DNA of 60,807 nt from Sphingomonas sp. (GTDB lineage: Bacteria > Pseudomonadota > Alphaproteobacteria > Sphingomonadales > Sphingomonadaceae). This document shows positions 1 through 10,117 of the stretch, in pieces; the first letter of the stretch is position 1, and each line of letters opens with the position of its first letter. A program made the translations under genes and the position numbers. The notes under the pieces were generated by a model, which made no database searches, had not been told where the DNA came from, and was given only the letters and a program-made list of their open reading frames with translations. The DNA lies in NCBI GenBank assembly GCA_013361785.1, contig JABFXK010000040.1, positions 1 to 60,807 on the forward strand, in the 5' to 3' direction.

Positions 1-199
1 CGTACCGGCTGTGCCGGCGAAACCTTGGTCCGGTGCCGGCGCCGCGCATCGCCTGAAGCTTGCGCGGGCTGAGGCCGAGATAGAAAGCCGCCTGCTCGGT
101 CGAGAGAAACGGGCTTCCTTTCTTCGCGCGGGCAGCGCGGGCGATGTCGTCTTCCCTGAATGACCTGGTTGCTCCGAAACCGCCATCGTGCCTGTCCAT
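1..199 (-). CDS. HTH DNA-binding protein, excisionase/RdfS-like (3' end outside window)
   Basis: Manual translation, not in ORF track: MDRHDGGFGATRSFREDDIARAARAKKGSPFLSTEQAAFYLGLSPRKLQAMRGAGTGPRFRRHSRY; HTH_17-like pattern typical of alphaproteobacterial ICEs. Confidence 0.75.
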   Translation of the reverse strand, partial: MDRHDGGFGATRSFREDDIARAARAKKGSPFLSTEQAAFYLGLSPRKLQAMRGAGTGPRFRRHSRY

Positions 200-245
200 G
201 CGCCGAACCTGCCGGACCGGGCCGCCGAGGCAGAGGCACGAAAAT

Positions 246-270
246 GGGAGGAGGCGAAATCGAGCCTCCC
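246..270. promoter_or_regulatory. Inverted repeat GGGAGG-N13-CCTCCC upstream of the rdfS-like gene; candidate activator site
   Basis: Perfect 6-bp IR 47-71 nt upstream of the ATG at 199. Confidence 0.3.
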
Positions 271-376
271 GGGATTTCAGGCCGCGGAGTCCCATGCGAG
301 ACCCTTCGCCGCGTGGACCGGCAAAAGAGCTCCGGGAAAATTGTCGAGTGGACCGCAGGCGCGTAGCAGCGCTCGG

Positions 377-727
377 ATGCTCTACCTCGTCATCAAGGCC
401 GCAATCTCCGGCGTCATCGTTGCAATCGTGTCGGAAGTCGCGAAGCGCTACCCGGGCTTCGGAGCGTTGATCGCTTCCCTTCCGCTGGTTTCGGTCCTCG
501 GCATGATCTGGCTTTGGAATGACAAGCCGGACGTCCCGAACATGGCCGCCCATGTGCAGGCGACCTTCTGGTTCGTGCTGCCGTCGCTCCCGATGTTCCT
601 GCTGATCCCGTGGCTTCTGAAGCAGGGCGTCAGCTTCTGGCTGGCGTTGATGCTCGGCTGCCTGCTCACGATCGCGCTTTATTTGACGATGGTCGCAGCG
701 GCCCCCAGATTCAGCCTCAAGCTGTAG
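377..727 (+). CDS. DUF3147 family membrane protein
   Basis: MLYLVIKAAISGVIVAIVSEVAKRYPGFGALIASLPLVS...FWFVLPSLPMF; ATG at 377. Confidence 0.8.
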   Translation: MLYLVIKAAISGVIVAIVSEVAKRYPGFGALIASLPLVSVLGMIWLWNDKPDVPNMAAHVQATFWFVLPSLPMFLLIPWLLKQGVSFWLALMLGCLLTIALYLTMVAAAPRFSLKL

Positions 728-738
728 CGAACGAGACG

Positions 739-1362
739 ATGGCCGACGATTGCTGCTCCGCCAAAGGACAGGAACTTCAGCGGCTCGCGCGTCGGGCGGA
801 GCAGCGGCGCGTCCTGCTGCTGGTGCTCGCGATCAATGCGCTCATGTTCGTCCTCGAGTTCGGCGCCGGCGTGATCGCCGGTTCGGCCGCCTTGATGGCT
901 GACAGTGTCGACATGTTTGGCGATGCCCTGGTCTATGGCCTCAGCCTGTTCGCACTGTCGCGAAGCGAGCGCTGGAAAGGCGGCGCGGCATTGGCCAAGG
1001 GCCTGTTCATTCTTGCGTTCGGTATTGGCGTTGCCATCGACATCGCAATCAAGCTGCACAGCGGGGTTCCGCCCTCCTCCGGGCTGATGTTGGCCTTCGG
1101 CAGCCTTGCGCTTGCAGCGAACCTCACCTGCCTGCGGCTGCTATGGCGCTTCCGCCGCGAGGATGTGAACATGGCCAGCACCTTCGAATGCTCGCGCAAC
1201 GATGTGATCTCGAATGTCGGCGTGCTCGGCGCCGCCGGGCTCGTCGCGCTGACTGCCTCACCCTGGCCTGACATCATCGTCGGCGCTGCAATTGCCGCGC
1301 TGTTCCTGCGCTCGGCTTTCCGGGTCATTCAAAGCGCGGTGCCCGTCATCCGGGCGGCATAG
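739..1362 (+). CDS. Cation efflux (CDF/CzcD-like) transporter, short form
   Basis: N-terminal DDCC, SAALMADSVDMFGD motif, CSRNDVISN, several TM segments. Confidence 0.8.
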   Translation: MADDCCSAKGQELQRLARRAEQRRVLLLVLAINALMFVLEFGAGVIAGSAALMADSVDMFGDALVYGLSLFALSRSERWKGGAALAKGLFILAFGIGVAIDIAIKLHSGVPPSSGLMLAFGSLALAANLTCLRLLWRFRREDVNMASTFECSRNDVISNVGVLGAAGLVALTASPWPDIIVGAAIAALFLRSAFRVIQSAVPVIRAA

Positions 1363-1366
1363 GGGC

Positions 1367-1612
1367 TCACATCACGAAGGGGTCCCAGCCGGCATAATGC
1401 TCCTTGCTTCGGCGGCCGCGCGGGATCTCCTCGATCGGAAAACCGACGTCGCGCGCGCGACCGATGAACCGCAAGGTGTGAAGGTCGCGCTCGTCATAAT
1501 CGCGATAGCCGGACGCGCGGCGCGCCGCCGCGGGAATGAGGCCGATCTTTTCATAATGGCGGATCATCCGCTGGCTCACGCCCGAAGCTGCGGAGACTTG
1601 GCCGATCTTCAT
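1367..1612 (-). pseudogene. cueR: Truncated Cu(I)-responsive MerR-family regulator
   Basis: [26 protein letters not shown]...RARDVGFPIEEI then unrelated tail; 81 aa, dimerisation helix and CxGxxxxxC loop missing. Confidence 0.75.
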
Positions 1613-4002
1613 AGCCGCACGGCTCTCAAGCGCAGCGAATTGCCGATCACCGTCACCGAGCTGACCGACATCGCCGCGCCTGCGACGATCGGGCTCAGCA
1701 GAAGATGGAACCAGGGATAGAGCACGCCGGCCGCGAGCGGCACGGCAGCAGCATTGAACACGAAGGCGAAGAACAAATTCTGGCGGATGTTGCGCATGGT
1801 TGCGCGGCTCAGGTGCCGCGCGCGCGCGATGCCCGAAAGGTCGCCCTTGACCAAGGTGATCGCGGCGCTCTCCATCGCGACATCGGTGCCGGTCCCCATG
1901 GCAATCCCGACGTCGGCCGCGGCGAGCGCCGGAGCGTCGTTGATCCCGTCACCGGCCATGGCGACACGCCGCCCCTGGTTGCGCAGTTCCTGGACCCTCG
2001 CCTGCTTCTGGTCGGGAAGCACGTCGGCCAGAACCTCGTCGATCCCGACCCGGCGGGCCACGGCCTCGGCGGTGCGGCGGTTGTCGCCGGTGATCATGAC
2101 GACGCGAAGTCCGCTTCGGCGGAGCTCGGCGACGGCTTCGGCCGCATTCTCCTTCACCGGATCGGCGACGACTACCAGGCCAGCCAACTTGCCGTCGACA
2201 GCAACGAACATCACGCCCTCGCCCTCCGACCGATGCCGGTCGGCCAGAGCTTCCAATTCCATTCCGAGATCGTCCATGAGCGCTTTGTTGCCGAGGGCGG
2301 CGTCGTGGCCCTCGACCATTCCGCTGACGCCTTTACCCGTATGCGACTGGAACTCGCTGCTCGGTGCAAGCGCGAGGCCGCGCTCCTGCGCGCCGGCGAC
2401 GATCGCGGCGGCAAGCGGATGCTCGCTGCCCCGCTCGAGCGCTGCCGCGAGGCGCAGCACCTCGCCGTCCGCGAAGCCGTTCACCGTCTCGACCGCGACC
2501 AGCTTGGGCTTGCCGAGAGTGACGGTGCCGGTCTTGTCGATCACCACCGTATCCACCTTCTCCATCAGCTCCAAAGCCTCGGCATTCCTGATCAGCACGC
2601 CGGCAGTTGCACCACGTCCGGTCGCGACCATGATCGCCATCGGTGTCGCCAGTCCGAGGGCGCACGGGCAGGCGATGATCAGGACCGCGATCGCGTTGAC
2701 GAGCGCAAGCCCCAGCCCCGGCGCCGGACCGAGCAGGTTCCAGGCAAGGAACGCGGTCAGAGAAACGATGACGACGCTCGGGACGAACCAGCCCGCCACC
2801 TTGTCGGCAAGCGCCTGGATGGGGGCTCGCGACCGCTGCGCCGCGGCGACCATGCGCACGATCCTCGAGAGCATCGTGTCGCGCCCGACCCGCTCGGCGC
2901 GCATGAGCAGCGATCCGGTCCCGTTGACGGTCGCACCGGTCACCTTCTCGCCCGCTGCCTTCTCGACGGGGACCGGCTCGCCACTGAGCATCGATTCATC
3001 GACCGAGCTTCGGCCCTCGACGACCACTCCGTCGACCGGCACCTTCTCGCCGGGGCGAATCCGAAGCAGGTCGCCGACATGGACCTGCTCGAGCGGGACA
3101 TCCTCCTCACCGCCCTCGGCGTTCAGGCGGCGCGCCGCCTTCGGAGCGAGGCCGAGCAGCGCGCGGACCGCCTTGCCGGTGGCAGACCGGGCGCGCAGCT
3201 CGAGGACCTGGCCCAGCAGCACGAGGGTGGTGATGATCGCCGACGCCTCGAAATAGACCGGCACCAGCCCGCCCATGGTCCGGACCGACGACGGGAAGAG
3301 GCCCGGAACGACGGTTCCGACGAGGCTGTAGGCATAAGCGACACCCACGCCGAGACCGACCAAAGTGAACATGTTGAGGTTGCGCGTCTTGAGCGACGCC
3401 CAGAAGCGCTCGAAGAATGGACGCCCGCCCCACAGCACGACCGGTGTCGCAAGCGCCAGCTGCACCCATTGCGAGAGGCGCCTCGGCAGCGGGTTCCAGC
3501 CGAAGAGATCGGCGCCCATGGTGAGGACGAGCAGGGGAACCGAGATCGCCGCACTGACCCAGAAGCGGCGGCTCATGTCGATGAGCTCCGGGTTGGTCTC
3601 CTCCTCAAGCCTCGGCTCGAGCGGCTCGAGCGCCATTCCGCAGATCGGGCAAGTACCGAACCGGTCGCGCCGGATTTCCGGGTGCATCGGGCAGGTCCAG
3701 ACCGTGCCTTCCGCGGCCGCCGGCAGCGCGCCCATCGCCGGGCGAGTCACCGCGGCGTCATGCGCCGGAGGGTTCAGATATGAGTCCGGATCTGCCTTGA
3801 ACTTCTCGAGGCAGCGCTCGGAGCAGAAGTAATAAGGCGTACCGCCGAGATCGTAGCGGTGCGGGCTGGTCCGGCTGTCGACTTTCATGTGGCACACCGG
3901 ATCGGTGACGATCGCGCCATGCTCTTCGGGCGAGCGATCGAGAACCCCTGTGCGGCTATGCTGGTCACAACATCGGGCCATCGACCCGGCTCCTTCTGAC
4001 AT
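1609..4002 (-). CDS. copA: Cu(I)/Ag(I) P1B-type ATPase with YHS and CPMHP metal-binding domains
   Basis: DPVCHM...[12 protein letters not shown]...[30 protein letters not shown]. Confidence 0.93.
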   Translation of the reverse strand: MSEGAGSMARCCDQHSRTGVLDRSPEEHGAIVTDPVCHMKVDSRTSPHRYDLGGTPYYFCSERCLEKFKADPDSYLNPPAHDAAVTRPAMGALPAAAEGTVWTCPMHPEIRRDRFGTCPICGMALEPLEPRLEEETNPELIDMSRRFWVSAAISVPLLVLTMGADLFGWNPLPRRLSQWVQLALATPVVLWGGRPFFERFWASLKTRNLNMFTLVGLGVGVAYAYSLVGTVVPGLFPSSVRTMGGLVPVYFEASAIITTLVLLGQVLELRARSATGKAVRALLGLAPKAARRLNAEGGEEDVPLEQVHVGDLLRIRPGEKVPVDGVVVEGRSSVDESMLSGEPVPVEKAAGEKVTGATVNGTGSLLMRAERVGRDTMLSRIVRMVAAAQRSRAPIQALADKVAGWFVPSVVIVSLTAFLAWNLLGPAPGLGLALVNAIAVLIIACPCALGLATPMAIMVATGRGATAGVLIRNAEALELMEKVDTVVIDKTGTVTLGKPKLVAVETVNGFADGEVLRLAAALERGSEHPLAAAIVAGAQERGLALAPSSEFQSHTGKGVSGMVEGHDAALGNKALMDDLGMELEALADRHRSEGEGVMFVAVDGKLAGLVVVADPVKENAAEAVAELRRSGLRVVMITGDNRRTAEAVARRVGIDEVLADVLPDQKQARVQELRNQGRRVAMAGDGINDAPALAAADVGIAMGTGTDVAMESAAITLVKGDLSGIARARHLSRATMRNIRQNLFFAFVFNAAAVPLAAGVLYPWFHLLLSPIVAGAAMSVSSVTVIGNSLRLRAVRL

Positions 4003-4019
4003 CTGAACGCCTCAGCACC

Positions 4020-4050
4020 TATTTAGGGTTTGACATGATGTCAGGGTCAA
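4020..4050 (-). promoter_or_regulatory. MerR-type (CueR) promoter/operator of copA
   Basis: Minus strand TTGACC-19 bp-TAAATA with dyad TGACAT-C-ATGTCA (4031-4043) in the spacer. Confidence 0.8.
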
Positions 4051-4082
4051 GCCGCTCTTGGTGCAGGGCCGGCACCCGCCGC

Positions 4083-4844
4083 CTAGCGCACCGGCGGATA
4101 GTGCCGATCGAGGTCGCACCTTCGCCCCAGGGCCCAGCTCACGCCGATCCGGATCGCGATCCAGTTGGTGCGAAGCTCGCCCCATTCCCGCATCCGGCGA
4201 TCCGACGTGACCACGAACCGGTGAACGAGCCGGACGCGACCGAGCCGGTTCATGGCAATGCAGAGCGCGGCATCCTCCATGATCGGGGCCGCTGGATCGC
4301 AGCCGCCGACCGACAGGAAATCCGCGCGCCGGAAGAACATCGCATGATCGCCGAACAGGAGGCGAGCACCGCGCAGGAAGAGTCGCGGGCGGAACAGCAA
4401 CGGCGCATACCAGGTCTTGAGCCAGCCATGCAGGGTCGAGAACCAGCGCAGCTTCCGTCCGCGGAAGAGCGGTATGAACGATGCGAGCGCGACCCGCCGA
4501 TCACCAAGCGTGCGCCGGATCACCGCGACGGCGTCTTTCGGGAGCAAGGTGTCGGCATGGAGGACGCAAACGAGCGGACTCGTCACCGTCGAGACGCCAC
4601 GGTTGATCTGATTGGCGCGCGGCGGATCGGCCCCGACGACCGTCAGACCAAGCACGCGCGCCCATTCGGCGGTGCCGTCGCTGCTGCCGCCGTCGACCAG
4701 GACGATCTCGGACGCCGGCGGATCGAGACGCTTCAGCTTCTGCGCCAGCAGGGGCAGCAAGGCCGCCTCGTTCAGCGCGGGAATGACAATGGCGACGTCG
4801 TCGCCAACAGCCGCGGACCGGACCGGTTCTGGTGAATCCCGCAT
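4083..4844 (-). CDS. GT2 glycosyltransferase, TIGR04283-like
   Basis: VIPALNE, VDGGSSDGT, LHADT, FGDHAMF, PIMED, VTSDRR. Confidence 0.8.
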   Translation of the reverse strand: MRDSPEPVRSAAVGDDVAIVIPALNEAALLPLLAQKLKRLDPPASEIVLVDGGSSDGTAEWARVLGLTVVGADPPRANQINRGVSTVTSPLVCVLHADTLLPKDAVAVIRRTLGDRRVALASFIPLFRGRKLRWFSTLHGWLKTWYAPLLFRPRLFLRGARLLFGDHAMFFRRADFLSVGGCDPAAPIMEDAALCIAMNRLGRVRLVHRFVVTSDRRMREWGELRTNWIAIRIGVSWALGRRCDLDRHYPPVR

Positions 4845-4886
4845 CGCCCCGTTGCAACTCCGGACCGCAAGAGCGGTTCAGTCGAC

Positions 4887-5720
4887 ATGGACGGATCAGC
4901 ACCGGCCAGGAGGCGCAGGCGCAATCAGCTGGCAGCGACGGCGGCGCTGGCGGCGGGCGCCGCCGGCCTGTTCCTGCTCGAAAAACGGCGGCCGCTGCGG
5001 GCGAAGACCCAGCCGGAACCTCAGCGCACGGTGCGGAACCTGACGCTCGGGGCAATGAGCATGGCCGTCGTCGGGGTCCTCGAAAATCCGGTTGTCGAAC
5101 CGATCGCCGCATCGGTCGGCCGCCGTCGACAAGGCATGATCCAGATGCTGCCCGTGCCCGCGTTCGCGCGCGATCTCATCGCGCTCGCCCTGATGGATTA
5201 CACGATCTATCTATGGCACGTCGCCACGCACCGCGTGCCGTTCCTCTGGCGGTTCCACCTCGTCCACCACCTCGATCTCGATCTCGATTCGACGACGGCG
5301 ATGCGCTTCCACTTCGGGGAGATGGCCGTTTCAGTGCCGTATCGCGCGGCGCAGGTTCTCATGATCGGCACGTCGGCGAGGGCGCTTCGCTGGTGGCAGC
5401 GCTTCTTCTTCCTCTGCGTGGTCTTCCACCACAGCAACCTGCGGTTGCCGGCGCGGATCGAGCGTGCGCTTGCCTGGGCAATCACCACTCCTCGAATGCA
5501 CGGCATCCACCACTCCGCAGTCCAGGACGAGACAAATTCCAACTGGTCGAGCGGGTTGAGCATCTGGGACCGGCTGCACGGGACGTTCAGGCTGGACATT
5601 CCGCAGTCGCGCATTCGGATCGGCGTGCCGGCCTACCGCCGGCGCTCGGAGATCCGCCTGTGGCGCTCGCTGACGCTCCCGTTCCGCCGGCACCGCGACG
5701 CCTGGCGGGCGGCGGCCTGA
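4887..5720 (+). CDS. Sterol desaturase/fatty-acid hydroxylase family protein
   Basis: His boxes WHVATH, FHLVHH, FHHSN, MHGIHH; WDRLHGT. Confidence 0.85.
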   Translation: MDGSAPARRRRRNQLAATAALAAGAAGLFLLEKRRPLRAKTQPEPQRTVRNLTLGAMSMAVVGVLENPVVEPIAASVGRRRQGMIQMLPVPAFARDLIALALMDYTIYLWHVATHRVPFLWRFHLVHHLDLDLDSTTAMRFHFGEMAVSVPYRAAQVLMIGTSARALRWWQRFFFLCVVFHHSNLRLPARIERALAWAITTPRMHGIHHSAVQDETNSNWSSGLSIWDRLHGTFRLDIPQSRIRIGVPAYRRRSEIRLWRSLTLPFRRHRDAWRAAA

Positions 5721-5750
5721 CGAACTAACGTTTACTCGAACTCACTGCCC

Positions 5751-6557
5751 TCATTCGGGGCCCAGCTGCTCGCCGTCGACCTCGACGCGCAGCTTGCTCG
5801 GATAGAAGGACAGCCAGTCGCGAATGCGGCCCGCCTCGCCGAACGGATCCGAATAGCTCCAGGCCGCGTCATCGACGCGCTTGCTTTCGGCGCGGATATG
5901 CCAGTGGCGGGCCTCGCCCTTGTAGGGGCACTGAGTCACGGTTTCGCTGCGCACGAGCAGCAGCGTGCGGACCGCTTCCGGCGGAAGGTAGAAGCGCGGC
6001 GGAAGGCTGGTTTCGAACAGCACCAGCGCGCTGCCGGTGTCGGCGATGCAGACGTCCTCGAGCCAGACCGTCACCCGCTGGTCGGTCTCGTGGATGTCGT
6101 AGCGATGATAGGGATCGCGCGGGTGCGCGAAGACCTTGTCCAATTCCTGGTACCAGGCGTCCATCGCGTCATAGTCGAAGGCGATCAGGCCTGCGAGAAA
6201 GTCGGCTGACGCGATCGGCGTCTCATATGACCAGGCGGCGTCCCTGGCCTCGCGCTCGCCCGCCCGGACGGTCCAGTAGGACGCTTCGCCCTTTAGCGGG
6301 CACCGCGTGCGCTTTGCCGACGGGACGAGCTTGCCCATCGCGACATCCTCGCGAGGAAAATAGAAGACCATCATCCGCCCGGTCTCGAACAGCGCCTTGA
6401 CACGGCGGCTGTCGGCGATCGTCTCGCCGCCGAATAGGGCGCGGACGCGCTTGGGGAAATCCTCGAGATAGAGCGTCTGCTCCGGTCCCTTGCGTTCGAA
6501 ATTGAAGAGGCCAACCTCCCTGGGAGCAAGGGGCGCGTGTCCGATGGTCAAGCTCAT
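5751..6557 (-). CDS. Tandem DUF427 domain protein
   Basis: Two repeats of LFET...Y.P...CP[LY]KGEA...AAWSY; linker HPRDPYHR; ATG at 6557 with GAGGAG RBS. Confidence 0.85.
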   Translation of the reverse strand: MSLTIGHAPLAPREVGLFNFERKGPEQTLYLEDFPKRVRALFGGETIADSRRVKALFETGRMMVFYFPREDVAMGKLVPSAKRTRCPLKGEASYWTVRAGEREARDAAWSYETPIASADFLAGLIAFDYDAMDAWYQELDKVFAHPRDPYHRYDIHETDQRVTVWLEDVCIADTGSALVLFETSLPPRFYLPPEAVRTLLLVRSETVTQCPYKGEARHWHIRAESKRVDDAAWSYSDPFGEAGRIRDWLSFYPSKLRVEVDGEQLGPE

Positions 6558-6672
6558 GGGATTGCTCCTCCTCGGCCGAAAGGGGCCGTCGGCGCGCACG
6601 CGCGGCGGCGAGACATCAAGAACCCGACTCCGCCGCGCCAGGTTCCCTCGCAAGGAGCTGTCTTCTTGAACG

Positions 6673-7074
6673 CTAAGGTGGCCAGGCCTCGATGTCGGGC
6701 ATCCTGCCACGGCGGGCGGCAACGTGGGCGAGCACGCGCCACGCATCGTTCGACGAGAAGCCGGCTTCGAAGAAGGCGCGCATGTCGCGGACCCGAATAC
6801 AATTGCGGAACCAGGCCTTCACCGCGAACCGGCGAAGGCCCTCGAGCCGCTCGTTGGCGAGCGGGCGAACGCTGGCGATTCCGAACAGTTTGCGCAGCAG
6901 GAGCGTACCGAGGCTGTCCGGATTGGATCCGCGCGGCCCGTTGACCCGCGCGATCTCGACGATCTCCCATTCGAGCTTGCCCAGCCGCTCATCGGGGCTT
7001 TGCGCCGCCGGGTGCATCTCCTTGGGATCGGCTCCTTCGGCAGACAAAAGAGGATCGGGCTCGTTCATGGGCAT
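6673..7074 (-). CDS. Hypothetical protein resembling the C-terminal half of AhpD, no CxxC; paralog of the 32981 protein
   Basis: LEWEIVEIAR...RKLFGI...PLANERLEGLRRFAV...FEAGFS. Confidence 0.65.
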   Translation of the reverse strand: MPMNEPDPLLSAEGADPKEMHPAAQSPDERLGKLEWEIVEIARVNGPRGSNPDSLGTLLLRKLFGIASVRPLANERLEGLRRFAVKAWFRNCIRVRDMRAFFEAGFSSNDAWRVLAHVAARRGRMPDIEAWPP

Positions 7075-7162
7075 TCACCTTCGACCAGGGAGGCTGCGCC
7101 GCCGGAGGGGCGAGGCGGCGCAGCCTGTCGCCTGACGGGGGGCAATGGCGACTGACTCTGAA

Positions 7163-7189
7163 TTCGGCCAACCGGCACAAGCGGTTACA
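7163..7189 (-). promoter_or_regulatory. SigF/ECF16-type promoter
   Basis: TGTAACC-N16-CGAA upstream of the 7074 gene. Confidence 0.75.
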
Positions 7190-7393
7190 CCTGGCCAACG
7201 CCGGCTCCGAGGCCGCCGGCGAATCCATGCGAAGCTTCGCGCCTTCCTTGACCATGTGAAGAGCCGCGGGCGGGCGTGATCTGTGCCGGGTCCATGCTGA
7301 GCGGCCATGATCGCAACGGATCGATCATATTGAACGGCGCGCCCGCCGGAGGAGTGCGTTACCCGACATTCAAGTCCGTGCTAGGCAGGCGAG

Positions 7394-8371
7394 ATGGCCG
7401 GACTCATTCTGCTGCTCGTGTTCCTTGCCGGCTATGCGGTCCAGCGCGGCAGCACCTGCGCCGTCGCCGCAGTCGCGCAGCTGTTGGTGGACCGCCGGCC
7501 GCAGCGCTTCTTGAGCTTTCTTGCCTATGGCGCGGTCGCGCTCGCGGTGATGGCCGTCGCGTCGCTCCTCGGCCATGACGTGTTCGATCGCTATCGCGGA
7601 GCGAGCGTCCTCGCCGCCCCGATTGGCGGCGGCGCTCTGTTCGGAGCCGGCGCCTTCATCAACGGCGGCTGCTCGTTCGGAACGATCGCACGCCTTGGCC
7701 GCGGTGACGCAGCGCGGCTTGGCACGGTGGCAGGGATCCTGACCGGCTTCGCCATCGCTGGGTGGTTGGGTATCCCGTCGCCCGCGACCAACTTCCCGTC
7801 GCCGCTGGTGGGCCGCCCCGCTCTGGCGATCCTCATCGGAAGCCTGGCGGCGCTGGCTCTTCTCTGGCCGGCTGCGCGCCGTTCCATCGGCGATGGCCCG
7901 GGATGTGACGACTGCATCTCGCTCCCCGATCCTCTTCGGTCCGGCGGCTGGCACCCACTGCGCGCGCTGGTCCTGATCGGCCTCATCAATGGCAGCCTGC
8001 TTCTGCTCGCCGCCGGCTGGCCCTACACGAACGTGCTGATGGACCTCGCCCGTTCGACCGGTGCGTCGCTCGGCTGGCGGAGCCTGATGAGCGTGGATTT
8101 CGTGGCCGGGGCTTTCGCTGGCGCAATCACTGCGGGACTGTTCAGGATGCGCCGGGGCAGCCTGGGGCACTGGTCCCGCTGTACCGCCGGTGGCGTCCTG
8201 ATGGGGATGGGGGCGATGCTGGTCCCCGGCGGCAACGACACGATGCTGCTGGTCGGTCTGCCGCTTCTGCTCCCGAGCTTCGTTCTTGCTTATGCCGCCA
8301 TGATCGGGGCGATAGCGCTTCTCATCACTGCAAGAGTGGCCAAGACCACCGCGCCCGTGGCTCCCGCTTGA
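7394..8371 (+). CDS. YeeE/YedE thiosulfate/sulfur-compound transporter family
   Basis: QRGSTCAV, GAFINGGCSFG, GGVLMGMGAMLVPGGND; many TM segments. Confidence 0.8.
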   Translation: MAGLILLLVFLAGYAVQRGSTCAVAAVAQLLVDRRPQRFLSFLAYGAVALAVMAVASLLGHDVFDRYRGASVLAAPIGGGALFGAGAFINGGCSFGTIARLGRGDAARLGTVAGILTGFAIAGWLGIPSPATNFPSPLVGRPALAILIGSLAALALLWPAARRSIGDGPGCDDCISLPDPLRSGGWHPLRALVLIGLINGSLLLLAAGWPYTNVLMDLARSTGASLGWRSLMSVDFVAGAFAGAITAGLFRMRRGSLGHWSRCTAGGVLMGMGAMLVPGGNDTMLLVGLPLLLPSFVLAYAAMIGAIALLITARVAKTTAPVAPA

Positions 8372-8389
8372 AGATCGGGACTCTCGTCC

Positions 8390-9643
8390 TCACTCGGACT
8401 CGGACAGGCGCACCCTCTCGGCCACGTTCGACCCGGGCTTCTCGACGATCTTCTCGTCGAGCCCGCCCTCGGCGGTTTCGATGGCTGCTCCCGATTCGAG
8501 CGTCCGATGCACGGGACAGCGCTCGGCGATCTCGATAAGCCTCTGGTGCTGCTCTCCGGTGAGTGCGCCTTCGAGCTGAAGACGGCGGGAGAACAGGTCG
8601 GCCGGCTTCTGACCGGGTCGGCGAGAATGTCCGACTTCAACCGTCACCCGGTCGAGCGGCAGGCTCTTGCCCCGCGCATAGAGCCGGAGGGTCATTGCGG
8701 TGCAGGCCCCAAGGCCCGCCGCGACGAGGTCATAAGGCGTGGGCCCGGAGCCGAGGCCGCCGACTTCCGGCGGCTCATCCGCGAGGAAATGCACGCCGCC
8801 GGCGGTGACCTCGACCTGGAAGTTGCCCTCGCCCGTTTCGACGACGCTCACCACGCCCGATTGCTCGCGTGTCCGTGGTGCCGAGACATCGGGCAGATAA
8901 CGGCTTGCCCATGTCGCGATGATGTTCGCGACGAACTCGGCGTCCCTGGGCCGTGTCAGCAGATGGTCGGCATCGTCGAGCGAGACAAAGCTCTTTGGAT
9001 GCTTTGCGGCGAGGAAGATCTGGGAGGCATTTTCGATGCCAACCACCTCGTCGCGGGGTGCGTGAAGGATGAGGAGCGGCTTGCGCAGCCCGGCGATGCG
9101 CGAGCGCTGGTCGTGGCTGGCGAGATCGTCAATGAAGCCGCGGCGCATCCGGAACGGACGCCCCCCGATGCTGACCTCCGCTTCCCCGCGCTGCAAGAGC
9201 TCGTCGACATCCGAGAACAGCCGCCGCACATGGGCAAGGTCGGCAGGAGCGCCGATCGTGGCCACGGCGGCAACTTCCGGGATGGTTCCGGCGGCTGCGA
9301 GCACGGCGGCCCCGCCAAGGCTGTGGCCGACCAGGAGGGACACGGGAGTACCGGCAGCGCGCATGGCATCCGCCGCCGCGCCTATGTCCGAGACGCTGCC
9401 GCTGAAGCTGCTGTCGGCGAACTCGCCGCCGCTCTGGCCAAGCCCGGTGAAGTCGAAGCGGAGGGTGGCGAAGCCCAGCGACGCCAGAGCGCGCGACACG
9501 CGCGACGCGGCAAGTGAGCTCCTGGTGCAGGTGAAGCAATGGGCGAACAAGGCACATCCGCGGACCGGCCCATTGGGAAGGTCCAGCGTGCCTGCGAGCC
9601 TGTGGCCGCCCTCTCCCTCGAAGTCGAAGCGCCGCGATTGCAT
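8390..9643 (-). CDS. Bifunctional alpha/beta hydrolase-OsmC protein
   Basis: FAHCFTC, GHSLGG, DADHLL; OsmC part ADEP...GPTPYDL..AGLGACT...RCPVHRTL. Confidence 0.9.
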   Translation of the reverse strand: MQSRRFDFEGEGGHRLAGTLDLPNGPVRGCALFAHCFTCTRSSLAASRVSRALASLGFATLRFDFTGLGQSGGEFADSSFSGSVSDIGAAADAMRAAGTPVSLLVGHSLGGAAVLAAAGTIPEVAAVATIGAPADLAHVRRLFSDVDELLQRGEAEVSIGGRPFRMRRGFIDDLASHDQRSRIAGLRKPLLILHAPRDEVVGIENASQIFLAAKHPKSFVSLDDADHLLTRPRDAEFVANIIATWASRYLPDVSAPRTREQSGVVSVVETGEGNFQVEVTAGGVHFLADEPPEVGGLGSGPTPYDLVAAGLGACTAMTLRLYARGKSLPLDRVTVEVGHSRRPGQKPADLFSRRLQLEGALTGEQHQRLIEIAERCPVHRTLESGAAIETAEGGLDEKIVEKPGSNVAERVRLSESE

Positions 9644-9645
9644 GT

Positions 9646-10098
9646 CTATCGCTCCCGCGCCGGCAATTTCGCGCGAGCGCCGATGCCGAAGGCCTGGTCA
9701 ACGGTGAACTCGTCGTGGCGCCGGAGAAGGAACAGGGTGATGCAGGCGGCCAGCATCGGCCAGGCAGCGAGAAATAAAAGATTGTCGAACGGCGCAGCAT
9801 ATTGGCGCCAGGACGAGAGGGTCGAGACGGTGTGCATGAGCAGGACCGCGGCATAGCTGAAGGCCCTGAAGAGGCCGATGGTGAAGGCCAGCACGATCAG
9901 GGCCTCAACCCCGCCGATCGCCAGAAATGCCCGGGGCCCAAGCCCCTCGAGACCGTAGAAATGGCTGAACACGCTGCCGGCATGGTGAGGGTTCAGGAAC
10001 TTGTCCGCGGTCCAGAACAGCATCACGACCGCGACGCCGAGGCGCAGCAGGAGCAGACAGAAGGGCAGCTGCGGCGGGCCTTTCTCTCGATCCGTCAT
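9646..10098 (-). CDS. DoxX-like membrane protein
   Basis: LLLLRLGVAVVMLFWTADKFLNPHH...LLMHTVSTLSSW...LFLAAWPM. Confidence 0.7.
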   Translation of the reverse strand: MTDREKGPPQLPFCLLLLRLGVAVVMLFWTADKFLNPHHAGSVFSHFYGLEGLGPRAFLAIGGVEALIVLAFTIGLFRAFSYAAVLLMHTVSTLSSWRQYAAPFDNLLFLAAWPMLAACITLFLLRRHDEFTVDQAFGIGARAKLPARER

Positions 10099-10117
10099 TG
10101 CGAGGGCAATCTCCTTT

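Noticed and set aside
1705-3783. Long antisense/alternate-frame ORFs (also 1754-3256, 11989-13371, 22046-23869, 53886-54848 and similar)
   Set aside because: Shadow ORFs of well-supported genes in GC-rich DNA; no recognisable motifs
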